Below, one piece after another: positions 56,226 to 64,000 of a DNA stretch of 64,000 bases. This DNA comes from Candidatus Gastranaerophilales bacterium (lineage in GTDB: Bacteria > Cyanobacteriota > Vampirovibrionia > Gastranaerophilales > Gastranaerophilaceae), in the NCBI GenBank assembly GCA_944322545.1, contig CALUPF010000036.1, positions 3,427 through 67,426 of the forward strand. Direction: 5' to 3'. The notes below the pieces were generated by a model, which was not told where the DNA came from, searched no databases, and saw only the letters and a list, made by a program, of their open reading frames with translations. A program made the position numbers and the translations under genes. The stretch's first letter is position 1. The number at the start of each line of letters is the position of its first letter.

Positions 56226-57101
56226 ATGTCGGAGGAAAGACAAGACATGACAATTAGTGTGAACTCAAGAAAAAAACAAGCAAAAAAATCGTTTGAAGAA
56301 TTATTACGTGATTTACGTACTAGTAATTCTGAAAAAGTTAGATACAATGCGGCTAGAATTCTTGGAGAAATTGGTGATTCCCAAGCAGTTGAGCCGCTTA
56401 TTGATGTTTTGAAAAACGATAAAAACGGATCTGTTCGTTTATATGCTGCTCGTGCTTTAGGTGAGTTGGGTGATGTTACAGCAACTATCCCTCTTATCGA
56501 ATCATTGAGAGAAGACAGAAACGTTGACGTTAGAGTTCGTGCTGCTCGTGCTTTAGGACGTTTGGGCGGCAAAGAAGTTGTTGAGCCATTAGTTGAAGCT
56601 CTTAACGATGAAAACCCACAAGTTTGTATCACTGCTACTGATGCTTTAATTGAAATTGGTGATGTTGCTACTGATGCATTAATGGAATCATTAGATCATG
56701 AAAAGGTTAATGTAAGATGTGATGCAACAAGAGCATTAGGTGAAATTGGTAACCCAAAAGCAGTTGATAAAATTATCACTATGCTGAACGATGAATGGGT
56801 AAATGTTAGAATTTACGCTGTTACTTCTTTAGGCAAATTGGACGATAAAAAAGCTGTTCCTGCATTAATCGAAGTAATGCAAAATAAAAAAGAAAATGAT
56901 TTAGTTAGAGCTGGTGCTGCTGCTGCTCTTGGTGTATTAAGAGATCAAAGAGCATTGATGCCATTAAGAGAACTTATTATGGCTGCAGAAGAACTTGGTG
57001 AACTCGAAGATACAGCTTTGAAATCATTCAAAAAAATCATGGCAGCTAACTGGCAAGCTATTCCAGGTGCAGCTCCTCAAAAGAAAACAGCTAATGTTTA
57101 A
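56226..57101 (+). CDS. PBS-lyase-type HEAT-repeat protein
   Basis: At least 7 repeats of VRxxAAxALGxIGDxxAVxPLIxxLxD. Possible alternative start at ATG 56247 after GGAGG. Confidence 0.8.
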   Translation: MSEERQDMTISVNSRKKQAKKSFEELLRDLRTSNSEKVRYNAARILGEIGDSQAVEPLIDVLKNDKNGSVRLYAARALGELGDVTATIPLIESLREDRNVDVRVRAARALGRLGGKEVVEPLVEALNDENPQVCITATDALIEIGDVATDALMESLDHEKVNVRCDATRALGEIGNPKAVDKIITMLNDEWVNVRIYAVTSLGKLDDKKAVPALIEVMQNKKENDLVRAGAAAALGVLRDQRALMPLRELIMAAEELGELEDTALKSFKKIMAANWQAIPGAAPQKKTANV

Positions 57102-57125
57102 TTAATAACATTAACCTAAGATTTT

Positions 57126-57162
57126 AAAACAGCTTCTTAAATAATAAGAAGCTGTTTTTTTG
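57126..57162 (+). terminator. rho-independent terminator
   Basis: CAGCTTCTTA-AATAA-TAAGAAGCTG followed by TTTTTTT. Confidence 0.8.
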
Positions 57163-57175
57163 TTAAAAAAACATA

Positions 57176-57191
57176 TTGACCATATGGTCAA
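57176..57191. promoter_or_regulatory. 16-bp perfect palindrome upstream of the flagellar cluster
   Basis: TTGACCATATGGTCAA (TTGAC-N6-GTCAA), 130 nt upstream of the SLT gene start. Confidence 0.4.
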
Positions 57192-57320
57192 TATAGACTA
57201 AAAAAATTTAAACCATCGGGTTGATGAGAAAATACTTCATATAGAGTAATTTATACATGAGGCATAATAGGATTTAACTAGCCTCAAATGGTAAGAAAAC
57301 TTGGGTAGGAAAATAAAATA

Positions 57321-57926
57321 GTGGAACTCAGTGGATTAGATATTACTCTAAGACGTATGCAGGCTATTGAAAGCAAATTCAATAGTTTAGCTAGTTTTGG
57401 CATTGATTCTGCTAGACCTAATCAAGATTTTCAAAAAATCCTAGATGCAAATATGTCTTCTGAGAAAACAAATTCTACACCATTTGCAAATAAAATTTTC
57501 TCAAGTGAACTAGCTTCTACTAATAGCGGTAATGCGGATATCGATGCACTTATCGAACAATATTCAGCAAAAAATGGATTAGATAGTGCATTTGTAAAAG
57601 CAGTTATAAAACAAGAATCAGGATTTCAACCTAAAGTTACATCTAGCTGCGGAGCAATGGGACTTATGCAATTAATGCCAGCTACTGCAAACTCTTTAGG
57701 AGTGAAAGATGCTTATGATCCTGAACAAAATATTGCAGGTGGAACAAAATATTTAAAAGGTTTGTTAGATAGATTTGGTGGAGATAAGTCATTAGCATTA
57801 GCAGCATACAATGCAGGACCAAATGCAGTTGCAAAATATAACGGAATTCCACCATACAAAGAAACACAAAATTACGTGAAAAATATTATGAGTATGTATC
57901 AAAAATATAACAAAGGAGGTCAATAA
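57321..57926 (+). CDS. SLT-domain lytic transglycosylase (flagellar-cluster associated)
   Basis: Catalytic ESGFQP, GAMGLMQLMPATA, AYNAGPNAV. GTG start. Stop overlaps the flgF ATG. Confidence 0.8.
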   Translation: MELSGLDITLRRMQAIESKFNSLASFGIDSARPNQDFQKILDANMSSEKTNSTPFANKIFSSELASTNSGNADIDALIEQYSAKNGLDSAFVKAVIKQESGFQPKVTSSCGAMGLMQLMPATANSLGVKDAYDPEQNIAGGTKYLKGLLDRFGGDKSLALAAYNAGPNAVAKYNGIPPYKETQNYVKNIMSMYQKYNKGGQ

Positions 57927-58741
57927 TGATTTCCAGAGGTATAGATATCGCAGCTAAAGGAATGATGAGTCTAATAGATTTTCAAGACTCAACAGCGAAC
58001 AACTTGGCTAACGTAAATACAAACGGATATAAAAAAGAAGGTCTTTCTTTCAGAAATATATACAATGCACTTGTTGAAGAACCAATTGAAAGAAATAATC
58101 CTAAAAACCAAGATGGAAGACTAGTTGGCGAAATTAGTATGGGTTCTGCAACTCATAAGCTTGTGCATGAATTTTCACAAGGAACACTTTCTCGTACTGG
58201 CGGAGCTTTAGATTTAGGCATTGAAGGCGATGGATTTTTCAAACTAAGAGCCCCTGATGGAACTATTACTTATACAAGAAATGGTGCATTTTGTATTAAT
58301 TCACAAAATATTCTTACTGATATGCAGGGCAATCAAGTTTTGGATAACCAAAATAGACCTATTCGTTTAAATCTCACAGAATTAAATATTAACTCACCAG
58401 ATGATTTAAGCATTAATGAAGAAGGTACCATTATTGCAAACAAAAAAGAAAATTCCCAAGCTTTACAAACAATAGGTGTATGGGATTTTGCAAACAAAGA
58501 GGATATGAGAGCGGCTGGCACATCTCAATACGTTCCAAAAGACATCACAACAAACCCAGAATTAAGAGCTCAAAAATTCTCAATTCAACAAGGAGCATTA
58601 GAACTTTCTAATGCAAACGTAATAAATGAAATGATTAACACAATCAAAGTTTCTAGAAACTACGAAACACTAAGTAGTTTCGTAAAAGAAAAATCATCAC
58701 AACTATCAACTGCAATTCAACTAGGCAGATTGAATGCATAA
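57926..58741 (+). CDS. flgF: flagellar basal-body rod protein FlgF
   Basis: N-terminal ANNLANVNTNGYKK. C-terminal LELSNANVINEMINTIKVSRNYE. Lies upstream of flgG. Confidence 0.8.
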   Translation: MISRGIDIAAKGMMSLIDFQDSTANNLANVNTNGYKKEGLSFRNIYNALVEEPIERNNPKNQDGRLVGEISMGSATHKLVHEFSQGTLSRTGGALDLGIEGDGFFKLRAPDGTITYTRNGAFCINSQNILTDMQGNQVLDNQNRPIRLNLTELNINSPDDLSINEEGTIIANKKENSQALQTIGVWDFANKEDMRAAGTSQYVPKDITTNPELRAQKFSIQQGALELSNANVINEMINTIKVSRNYETLSSFVKEKSSQLSTAIQLGRLNA

Positions 58742-58765
58742 AAACTAATCCGGAGGAGAAAATAA

Positions 58766-59554
58766 ATGCTAAAAGCATTAACAACAGCAGCAACAGGTAT
58801 GATAGCACAACAAAACAACTTAGACGTTGTTGCTAACAATATCGCAAACGTAAACACAACAGGCTTTAAAAAGTCGAGAGTAGAATTTCAAGATTTACTT
58901 TCAACTGCAATTAAAACTCCTGGTGCAATGATCACACAAGGCACATATCAACCTGTTGGTATTGAAATCGGCTTAGGTGTAAAAACTGCTGCAACAACAA
59001 AAGTTTTCTCAAGTGGTGTAATGCAAAGCACAGGCAATAACTACGATATGGCAATTGAAGGACAAGGCTTTTTCCAAATCGTAAGACCTGACGGAACACT
59101 CGCTTATACAAGAGACGGTTCTTTTAAACCTGATGCTGTTGGACAACTTTGTACAACAGATGGTTATCTTCTTCAACCACAAATCACTATTCCTCAAAAC
59201 ACAACTGAGGTAAATATTACGCCTGATGGTAACGTTTCAGTAAAAATCGGTAATGATAATACACAAACTATCGTAGGACAAATTCAATTGGTTAAATTCC
59301 AAAACCCAGCAGGTCTTTTATCAATAGGTCACAACTTATATGTTGAAACTCCTGCATCAGGAACACCAATTCCAGGAACTCCTGACCAAGACGGTTTTGG
59401 TTCAATTCAACAATCTTTCTTAGAAGGTTCAAACGTGCAAATTGTTGACGAAATGATTAACCTAATCAAAGCTGAAAGAGCTTTTGAATCAAACTCTAAA
59501 ATTATCACATCAGCATCAGATATATTGAGAACAACTAACCAAATAGTAAGCTAA
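58766..59554 (+). CDS. flgG: flagellar basal-body distal rod protein FlgG
   Basis: MLKALTTAATGM...ANNIANVNTTGFKK ... YTRDGSF ... LEGSNVQIVDEMINLIKAERAFESNSK. Confidence 0.9.
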   Translation: MLKALTTAATGMIAQQNNLDVVANNIANVNTTGFKKSRVEFQDLLSTAIKTPGAMITQGTYQPVGIEIGLGVKTAATTKVFSSGVMQSTGNNYDMAIEGQGFFQIVRPDGTLAYTRDGSFKPDAVGQLCTTDGYLLQPQITIPQNTTEVNITPDGNVSVKIGNDNTQTIVGQIQLVKFQNPAGLLSIGHNLYVETPASGTPIPGTPDQDGFGSIQQSFLEGSNVQIVDEMINLIKAERAFESNSKIITSASDILRTTNQIVS

Positions 59555-59556
59555 TT

Positions 59557-60270
59557 ATGAAAAAAATATTTAACATAGCATTAATATCACTTTTAATTTC
59601 ATTTGGAGCAAATCAAACATTTGCTCAAGTGCTTACTGCTGATCAATTTAAATCTATCGTAGCTAAACAAGCTAAAAAAGATTTAGAACAATTTAATGTT
59701 GATGAATCAGAAATTACAGTAGGACATTTGCCTGTTAGTTCTTTTAATCTTCCTGATGGCAAAGTGAGTGTGAAAATTTTCTCAAACACAAACAGCTTAA
59801 CTGCTAAAGAATATAAAAAAGTAAATATCAACGTCAACGGCAATTACGTAAGAACATATTACGTTCCAATTGAAACAAAAGCATATAAATATGCAGCAAT
59901 TGCAAAAGAAGTAATTCAAAGAGATAAAATTATTCCATTACAAGCAGTCGAACTTAAAAAAGTCAACGTGGTAGGTAACTTAGATAACACTTTAAATTTA
60001 AATGACATATCAAAAGAAATCGTAGCAACAAAAGTATTTTATCCAGGTGATTTAATTACAAAAAGATATACAAAATCAAAACCAGATATAGTTAAAAATG
60101 CAATGGTAACAGTAAATTTTCGAACAGGTAGCAATTTGAATATCGCAGTTGAAGGAATTGCTTTAACACAAGGAAACATCGGAGACACAATTCAAGTTAA
60201 AAATAAAAGATTCAACAAAATATATACCGGAGAAGTAACAGGAATAAATCAAGTTCTTGTACAAATCTAA
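59557..60270 (+). CDS. flgA: flagellar P-ring assembly chaperone FlgA
   Basis: Signal peptide. C-terminal GNIGDTIQVKNKRFNKIYTGEVTGINQVLV is typical of FlgA. Position between flgG and flgH. Confidence 0.75.
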   Translation: MKKIFNIALISLLISFGANQTFAQVLTADQFKSIVAKQAKKDLEQFNVDESEITVGHLPVSSFNLPDGKVSVKIFSNTNSLTAKEYKKVNINVNGNYVRTYYVPIETKAYKYAAIAKEVIQRDKIIPLQAVELKKVNVVGNLDNTLNLNDISKEIVATKVFYPGDLITKRYTKSKPDIVKNAMVTVNFRTGSNLNIAVEGIALTQGNIGDTIQVKNKRFNKIYTGEVTGINQVLVQI

Positions 60271-60300
60271 AAAATTCATACGGGGAGAGATAAAAAAATA

Positions 60301-60954
60301 ATGGGTAAGATTAAAAAATCAAAAAAGAATATTGCAAAAAGTATAATCGCAATACTTGCACTTTTAACAGTAATGCAAGCAGCACAATCTGCTCAAGCTG
60401 AGTCATTATATGTATTAGGCACTTCTCAATCATTTTATGCAGAACCAAAATCTCTTTTCGGTGGAGTAAGAGCTCGTTCTGTTGGTGATGTAGTAACTAT
60501 CATTTTAAGTGAAACAATAACATTCAATGATTCTTTAAACTATGCAGCAGATAGAAGCTCAAACACAGTTGATAACTTCACTAATTTAATAAACAAAATC
60601 TTGCCAGGCACTCCATTGAATAACCAGTTCAATAACTTTGGAGGAAGCAACACTGTAGCAAGTACAACATCAAATCAACGTTCATTAGGAATCAACGATT
60701 CTGTAACTGTACAGGTTGTTCAATTACTACCTAATGGAAATCTTATGGTTCAAGGTAAAAAAACTCTTGTAAATGGAACTGAAAGAGTTGATTTGCTAGT
60801 AAGTGGTGTTGTTGATCCTAGGTTCATAAACCAAAACGGACAAGTTAATTCAAGAAACGTTGCTAACTTCCAATTCGCCCTAGCTGGAAAAGGTGCAGTA
60901 TCAAGAGCAGGCAACGAAGGTATCATAAACAGAGCAGTAAGATACTTGTTCTAA
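60301..60954 (+). CDS. flgH: flagellar L-ring protein FlgH (no Cys, SPase I-type signal)
   Basis: LF...RARSVGDVVTIILSE ... LLPNGNLMVQGKK...NGTERVDLLVSGVVDPRFI ... the FlgH family pattern. Confidence 0.85.
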   Translation: MGKIKKSKKNIAKSIIAILALLTVMQAAQSAQAESLYVLGTSQSFYAEPKSLFGGVRARSVGDVVTIILSETITFNDSLNYAADRSSNTVDNFTNLINKILPGTPLNNQFNNFGGSNTVASTTSNQRSLGINDSVTVQVVQLLPNGNLMVQGKKTLVNGTERVDLLVSGVVDPRFINQNGQVNSRNVANFQFALAGKGAVSRAGNEGIINRAVRYLF

Positions 60955-60980
60955 TAATTAAAAACTCAAAGGAAAAAGAA

Positions 60981-62084
60981 ATGAAACGAATTTTCAATTT
61001 AATTTTAATAACATTAATGATTACAGGAATGCTTACATCACAAGCAATGGCAACGATTGTAAGAATCAAAGACATTGCACACGTAAAAGGCGTAAGAAAT
61101 AACCAACTCGTAGGTTATGGCGTTGTTGTTGGTCTTCCAGGAACAGGTGACAACTCTCGTTCAACACAAATTACAAACCAAATGTTATTACAAAATTTAG
61201 GTACTGTAATTGAACAATCAAACTACATTCAAAAAGGTTCAGCTGCAGCAGTTTTAGTTACTGCAACAGTTCCTCCATTCGCTAAAAACGGCGATCAAAT
61301 TGATTTGACAGTTTCAACTTTAGCCGACGCAAAAAGCCTTGAAGGCGGTGTTTTGGTACAAACACAATTAAGAGCTCCAAACGGAGAAATCGTTGCAATT
61401 GGCCAAGGCCCTGTTTCAGTTGGTGGCATATCTAAAGATTCAAACGGTTCCAGCACAAGAACAGCAATCACAACAACAGGAAGAATCCCTGGCGGTGGTA
61501 TTGTTGAAAGAGATATCAACACAACTATTGGAGATGAAAATACATTAACTCTTCTTTTAGACAAATCAGACTACACAATGGCAACAAGAATTGCAAACAC
61601 AATTAACAGAAACGTGACTCCTGCAAAAGCCATTGATGGATCTAGCATTAGAGTTAATATTCCTGCAAAATTCAATGATGATAGAATCGCATTTCTTTCA
61701 ATCCTAGAAAATATGACAGTAGATGCAACTAAAGACAAAGCAAGAGTTGTAGTAAATGAAAGAACTGGAACTGTTGTTATAGGCAGCGAAGTTAAATTAT
61801 TGCCTGCCGCAGTTGCTCATGGAAACATCACTGTGACAGTTCAAACTACAAATCAAGTATCACAACCAGAACCGTTTGCAGGTGGTACAACAACGGCATT
61901 TGCTAATAGCTCTGTATCAGTTAACAAAGGCAGTGGAAGCCTTGTCACTATGCCGGCTAACAGCACATTGAATGATCTTGTTAGAGCGCTAAATGCAATT
62001 GGAGTTGCTCCAATTGACCTTATATCAATAATGCAAGCTTTAAGAGAAGCAGGCAGTTTACAAGCAGAAATACAAGTAATTTAA
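60981..62084 (+). CDS. flgI: flagellar P-ring protein FlgI
   Basis: RIKDIAHVKGVRNNQLVGYGVVVGLPGTGD ... LEGGVLVQTQL ... LVRALNAIGVAPIDLISIMQALREAGSLQAEI. Confidence 0.95.
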   Translation: MKRIFNLILITLMITGMLTSQAMATIVRIKDIAHVKGVRNNQLVGYGVVVGLPGTGDNSRSTQITNQMLLQNLGTVIEQSNYIQKGSAAAVLVTATVPPFAKNGDQIDLTVSTLADAKSLEGGVLVQTQLRAPNGEIVAIGQGPVSVGGISKDSNGSSTRTAITTTGRIPGGGIVERDINTTIGDENTLTLLLDKSDYTMATRIANTINRNVTPAKAIDGSSIRVNIPAKFNDDRIAFLSILENMTVDATKDKARVVVNERTGTVVIGSEVKLLPAAVAHGNITVTVQTTNQVSQPEPFAGGTTTAFANSSVSVNKGSGSLVTMPANSTLNDLVRALNAIGVAPIDLISIMQALREAGSLQAEIQVI

Positions 62085-62093
62085 GGATAAAAA

Positions 62094-62513
62094 ATGACTT
62101 CAATCCAATCATATAACAATTTAACACCAGAAGTTATAAATGGAGATGTTCAAACTTTAGACAGCATTAAAACAATAAAATCTCAAAAAGAACAGCTGAA
62201 AAAAGTTTCAACAGAATTCGAAGCTATTTTTGTTACTAAAATGCTTAACACAATGGATAAAACAGTCAGCATTGGAGATAAAGGGGGCTTATTCGGAGAA
62301 GACAATAAATATCTAGATAAATTTAAATCATTTATTTATGGAGAAGTCGGTCGTCAAATTGCAAAAAGCCCAACATCAACTGTTGGTTTTGCAAAACAAA
62401 TCTATCAACAAATGGAAAAATCACTTCCAAAAGAAGATGCAAACACTATTTCAAAAACAGGTCAAGCATCAGCTACACAAGGGATAAAAAATAAAGTCGA
62501 TAAGGAGATATAA
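62094..62513 (+). CDS. flgJ: FlgJ rod-binding domain protein (no muramidase domain)
   Basis: FEAIFVTKMLNTMDKT rod-binding motif. Only 139 aa. Confidence 0.7.
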   Translation: MTSIQSYNNLTPEVINGDVQTLDSIKTIKSQKEQLKKVSTEFEAIFVTKMLNTMDKTVSIGDKGGLFGEDNKYLDKFKSFIYGEVGRQIAKSPTSTVGFAKQIYQQMEKSLPKEDANTISKTGQASATQGIKNKVDKEI

Positions 62514-62519
62514 AAAGTA

Positions 62520-62795
62520 ATGGTAAGTCCGTTAAGTTCAAATGTAAGTGCAATACAACTTTTAAATGCCTCTCAAGCATTTAAAAACGCATCAAGACCA
62601 ATATCACAAGAACCTAAAATCATGCCTGAAGTTTCAGATGGCATAGACATAAATGACAATAGCATTTTAAAATCACAAAATCTTGATGAAATTAAAGAAT
62701 ATGCAAAACTCGCAGGAGAAGAAAATCTTACTGATGACGATATTAAGTACGGACTAAGCTACGGTAGAAGCGTAATTGTAGAATATATGGCATAA
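62520..62795 (+). CDS. hypothetical protein in the flagellar cluster (91 aa)
   Basis: ORF with an AAGGAG-like RBS, 6 nt after flgJ and 19 nt before the flgN-like gene. No FlgM C-terminal motif recognised. Confidence 0.5.
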   Translation: MVSPLSSNVSAIQLLNASQAFKNASRPISQEPKIMPEVSDGIDINDNSILKSQNLDEIKEYAKLAGEENLTDDDIKYGLSYGRSVIVEYMA

Positions 62796-62814
62796 AAGCG
62801 ATAAGGAGCACCAT

Positions 62815-63315
62815 ATGACAACTATAAATATAGAAAAGCTAGAAAATATAATAGATTCTGAAATAAACGGCTATGAAAAAATCGAAAAACTTTATGCCGA
62901 TAAAAAAGAATTGCTTATTAAAGGCAAAGCTAACGACTTGCATACAATTGATGAAAAAATTACAGATGAATATAAAAATATAACATCTTTTGCAGAACAA
63001 AGAAAAAAAATATCTGAAACAATGAATATGCCAACATTTTCAATGACAGATATTATAAACAACATAAAAAAAGAAGACGAAAAAGCAGCTTTGAAATTTG
63101 AAGAAAAAAAAGCAAAAGTTAATGAACTTGCAAAAAGAATCTTTGAACTAGAAAGAACAAATTTAGAATTACTAAAACATGGGATGCATGTAACAAACAA
63201 AACTCTAGAAATAATTATCAAAGGACTTCAGCCTATTACAAAAGAATATAATCAAAAAGGTGAAAACATTACAAAAAATCAATTAGAAATGTCCTCAATA
63301 ATAGAAGAAGCTTAA
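62815..63315 (+). CDS. FlgN-like flagellar export chaperone
   Basis: 166-aa all-helical, Glu/Lys-rich protein immediately upstream of flgK (the classical flgN position). N-terminal LENIIDSEINGYEKIEKLYADKKELLIKG resembles the FlgN pattern. Confidence 0.5.
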   Translation: MTTINIEKLENIIDSEINGYEKIEKLYADKKELLIKGKANDLHTIDEKITDEYKNITSFAEQRKKISETMNMPTFSMTDIINNIKKEDEKAALKFEEKKAKVNELAKRIFELERTNLELLKHGMHVTNKTLEIIIKGLQPITKEYNQKGENITKNQLEMSSIIEEA

Positions 63316-63332
63316 AAAATAAAGGATAGACT

Positions 63333-64000
63333 ATGGGATCAACATTAAATGGAATAATGAATATAGCACAACAGTCAATCAATAATAACCAGATTGCATT
63401 GAATGTTGTGAGTAATAACATAGCCAATATGAACACTACAAATTATACAAGACAACAAGTAGAATTTGCGGCTTTACCTGCTTATGATTGTTTCAACTGG
63501 TGTTCATCTAGCGGAAAGTTAAAAATCGGCCATGGTGCTGAAATTACCGGCATTACTAACAAAAGATCTCAATGGCTTGATAATTATTTCAGAGGTCAAA
63601 ATGCTGCAAATGGTTATTATAACCAAATAGGCGGAATGACTAGTAACATTGAGAACCTTTTGAATAATGAATTAAGTTCAAACGGTTTAGAAAAAACTCT
63701 TTCAGACTTTTTTGCAGCTTCTCAAGCGTTAAGTGGTGATCCAACAAACAATGCATATAAAATTGCATTCGTAAATGCAGCTCAAAATGTATCTGATATG
63801 TTAAATAACATGTCCAAAACTTTAAACGGATACATTGAAACTTCTGTTGGTGAGTTTGGAGATCCTGATAGTTTTAATTCTTCTTTAATAAAAACAAGTG
63901 TAGACGGATTGGATGAAAAGCTTGCTCAATTAGCTGAATTAAATGGTCAAATATCAAGTAATCCTAATTCTGGTAGCGCATCTAATGATTTGAAAGATAA
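63333..64000 (+). CDS. flgK: flagellar hook-associated protein 1 FlgK (5' part, runs off the window)
   Basis: My translation: MGSTLNGIMNIAQQSINNNQIALNVVSNNIANMNTTNYTRQQVEF..., the canonical FlgK N-terminus. AAGGA RBS. Open to the window end. Confidence 0.85.
   Translation, partial: MGSTLNGIMNIAQQSINNNQIALNVVSNNIANMNTTNYTRQQVEFAALPAYDCFNWCSSSGKLKIGHGAEITGITNKRSQWLDNYFRGQNAANGYYNQIGGMTSNIENLLNNELSSNGLEKTLSDFFAASQALSGDPTNNAYKIAFVNAAQNVSDMLNNMSKTLNGYIETSVGEFGDPDSFNSSLIKTSVDGLDEKLAQLAELNGQISSNPNSGSASNDLKD

Noticed and set aside
56180-56632. 150-aa antisense ORF opposite the HEAT-repeat gene
   Set aside because: It is a repeat-driven open antisense frame. The sense strand gives textbook HEAT repeats.
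57289-57304. Sigma-54-like TGGTAAG-N-CTTGG upstream of the SLT gene
   Set aside because: The GG-to-TTG spacing is off by one relative to TGGCAC-N5-TTGC. The -12 element reads TTGG rather than TTGC. The site would leave almost no leader.
62520-62795. Calling this ORF flgM on positional grounds
   Set aside because: The FlgM-like N- and C-terminal motifs are absent here, and a better candidate with a sigma-28 promoter exists at 10371-10757.
62896-62903. GCCGATAA octamer inside the flgN-like gene as an internal sigma-28 promoter for flgK
   Set aside because: The -35 position reads AAAA rather than TAAA. The site lies 430 nt upstream of flgK inside a CDS, so it may well be chance in AT-rich DNA.

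Overview
AT-rich (about 30% GC by eye, not computed), densely coding chromosomal segment from a flagellated bacterium with a diderm-type envelope. Evidence for that envelope: L-ring and P-ring genes flgH/flgI, a GT9 heptosyltransferase-like gene, and a meso-DAP-type MurE. PBS-lyase-type HEAT-repeat proteins together with low GC and flagella fit a non-photosynthetic cyanobacterial relative (Melainabacteria/Gastranaerophilales-like), but that placement is only a guess. Most of the window is housekeeping: gltX, bioG-bioC, folD, murE, ftsI-like PBP, rpsO, thyX, pyk, fabI, dxr, pheS, hisF, DAHP synthase, ADP-forming acetyl-CoA synthetase, an M16 peptidase and a PLP decarboxylase. A flagellar rod/ring/hook-junction cluster (SLT enzyme, flgF-G-A-H-I-J, unknown ORF, flgN-like, flgK) runs off the right edge. 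There is a tRNA cluster (Thr-UGU, Thr-GGU, Tyr-GUA) at 32.4-32.7 kb. It is followed by the most accessory-looking DNA. First comes a single gene bracketed by an imperfect direct repeat of the tRNA-Tyr 3' end plus terminator. Then come four separately transcribed orphan genes at 34.1-38.4 kb, including a membrane-anchored kinase-like protein and a weakly HopA1-like protein. Other points worth a second look: (1) a MetE-like zinc methyltransferase translationally coupled to a CooC-type CxC ATPase and followed by folD; (2) a full-length hybrid-cluster-protein (Hcp) homolog with every hybrid-cluster cysteine ligand substituted; (3) a lexA-umuC pair with no umuD, a consensus promoter that predicts a leaderless mRNA, and an 18-bp perfect palindrome unlike textbook SOS boxes; (4) a sigma-28-type promoter in front of a FlgM-like gene; (5) a flagellar cluster in which FlgJ has only the rod-binding domain and a separate SLT lytic transglycosylase leads the operon; (6) a polyprenol-phosphate-type glycosylation module (GT-C + GT2 + DUF2142). 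I saw no CRISPR array, transposase, integrase, rRNA or recognisable known defence system. All homology statements rest on recalled motifs and family architectures, not on searches.
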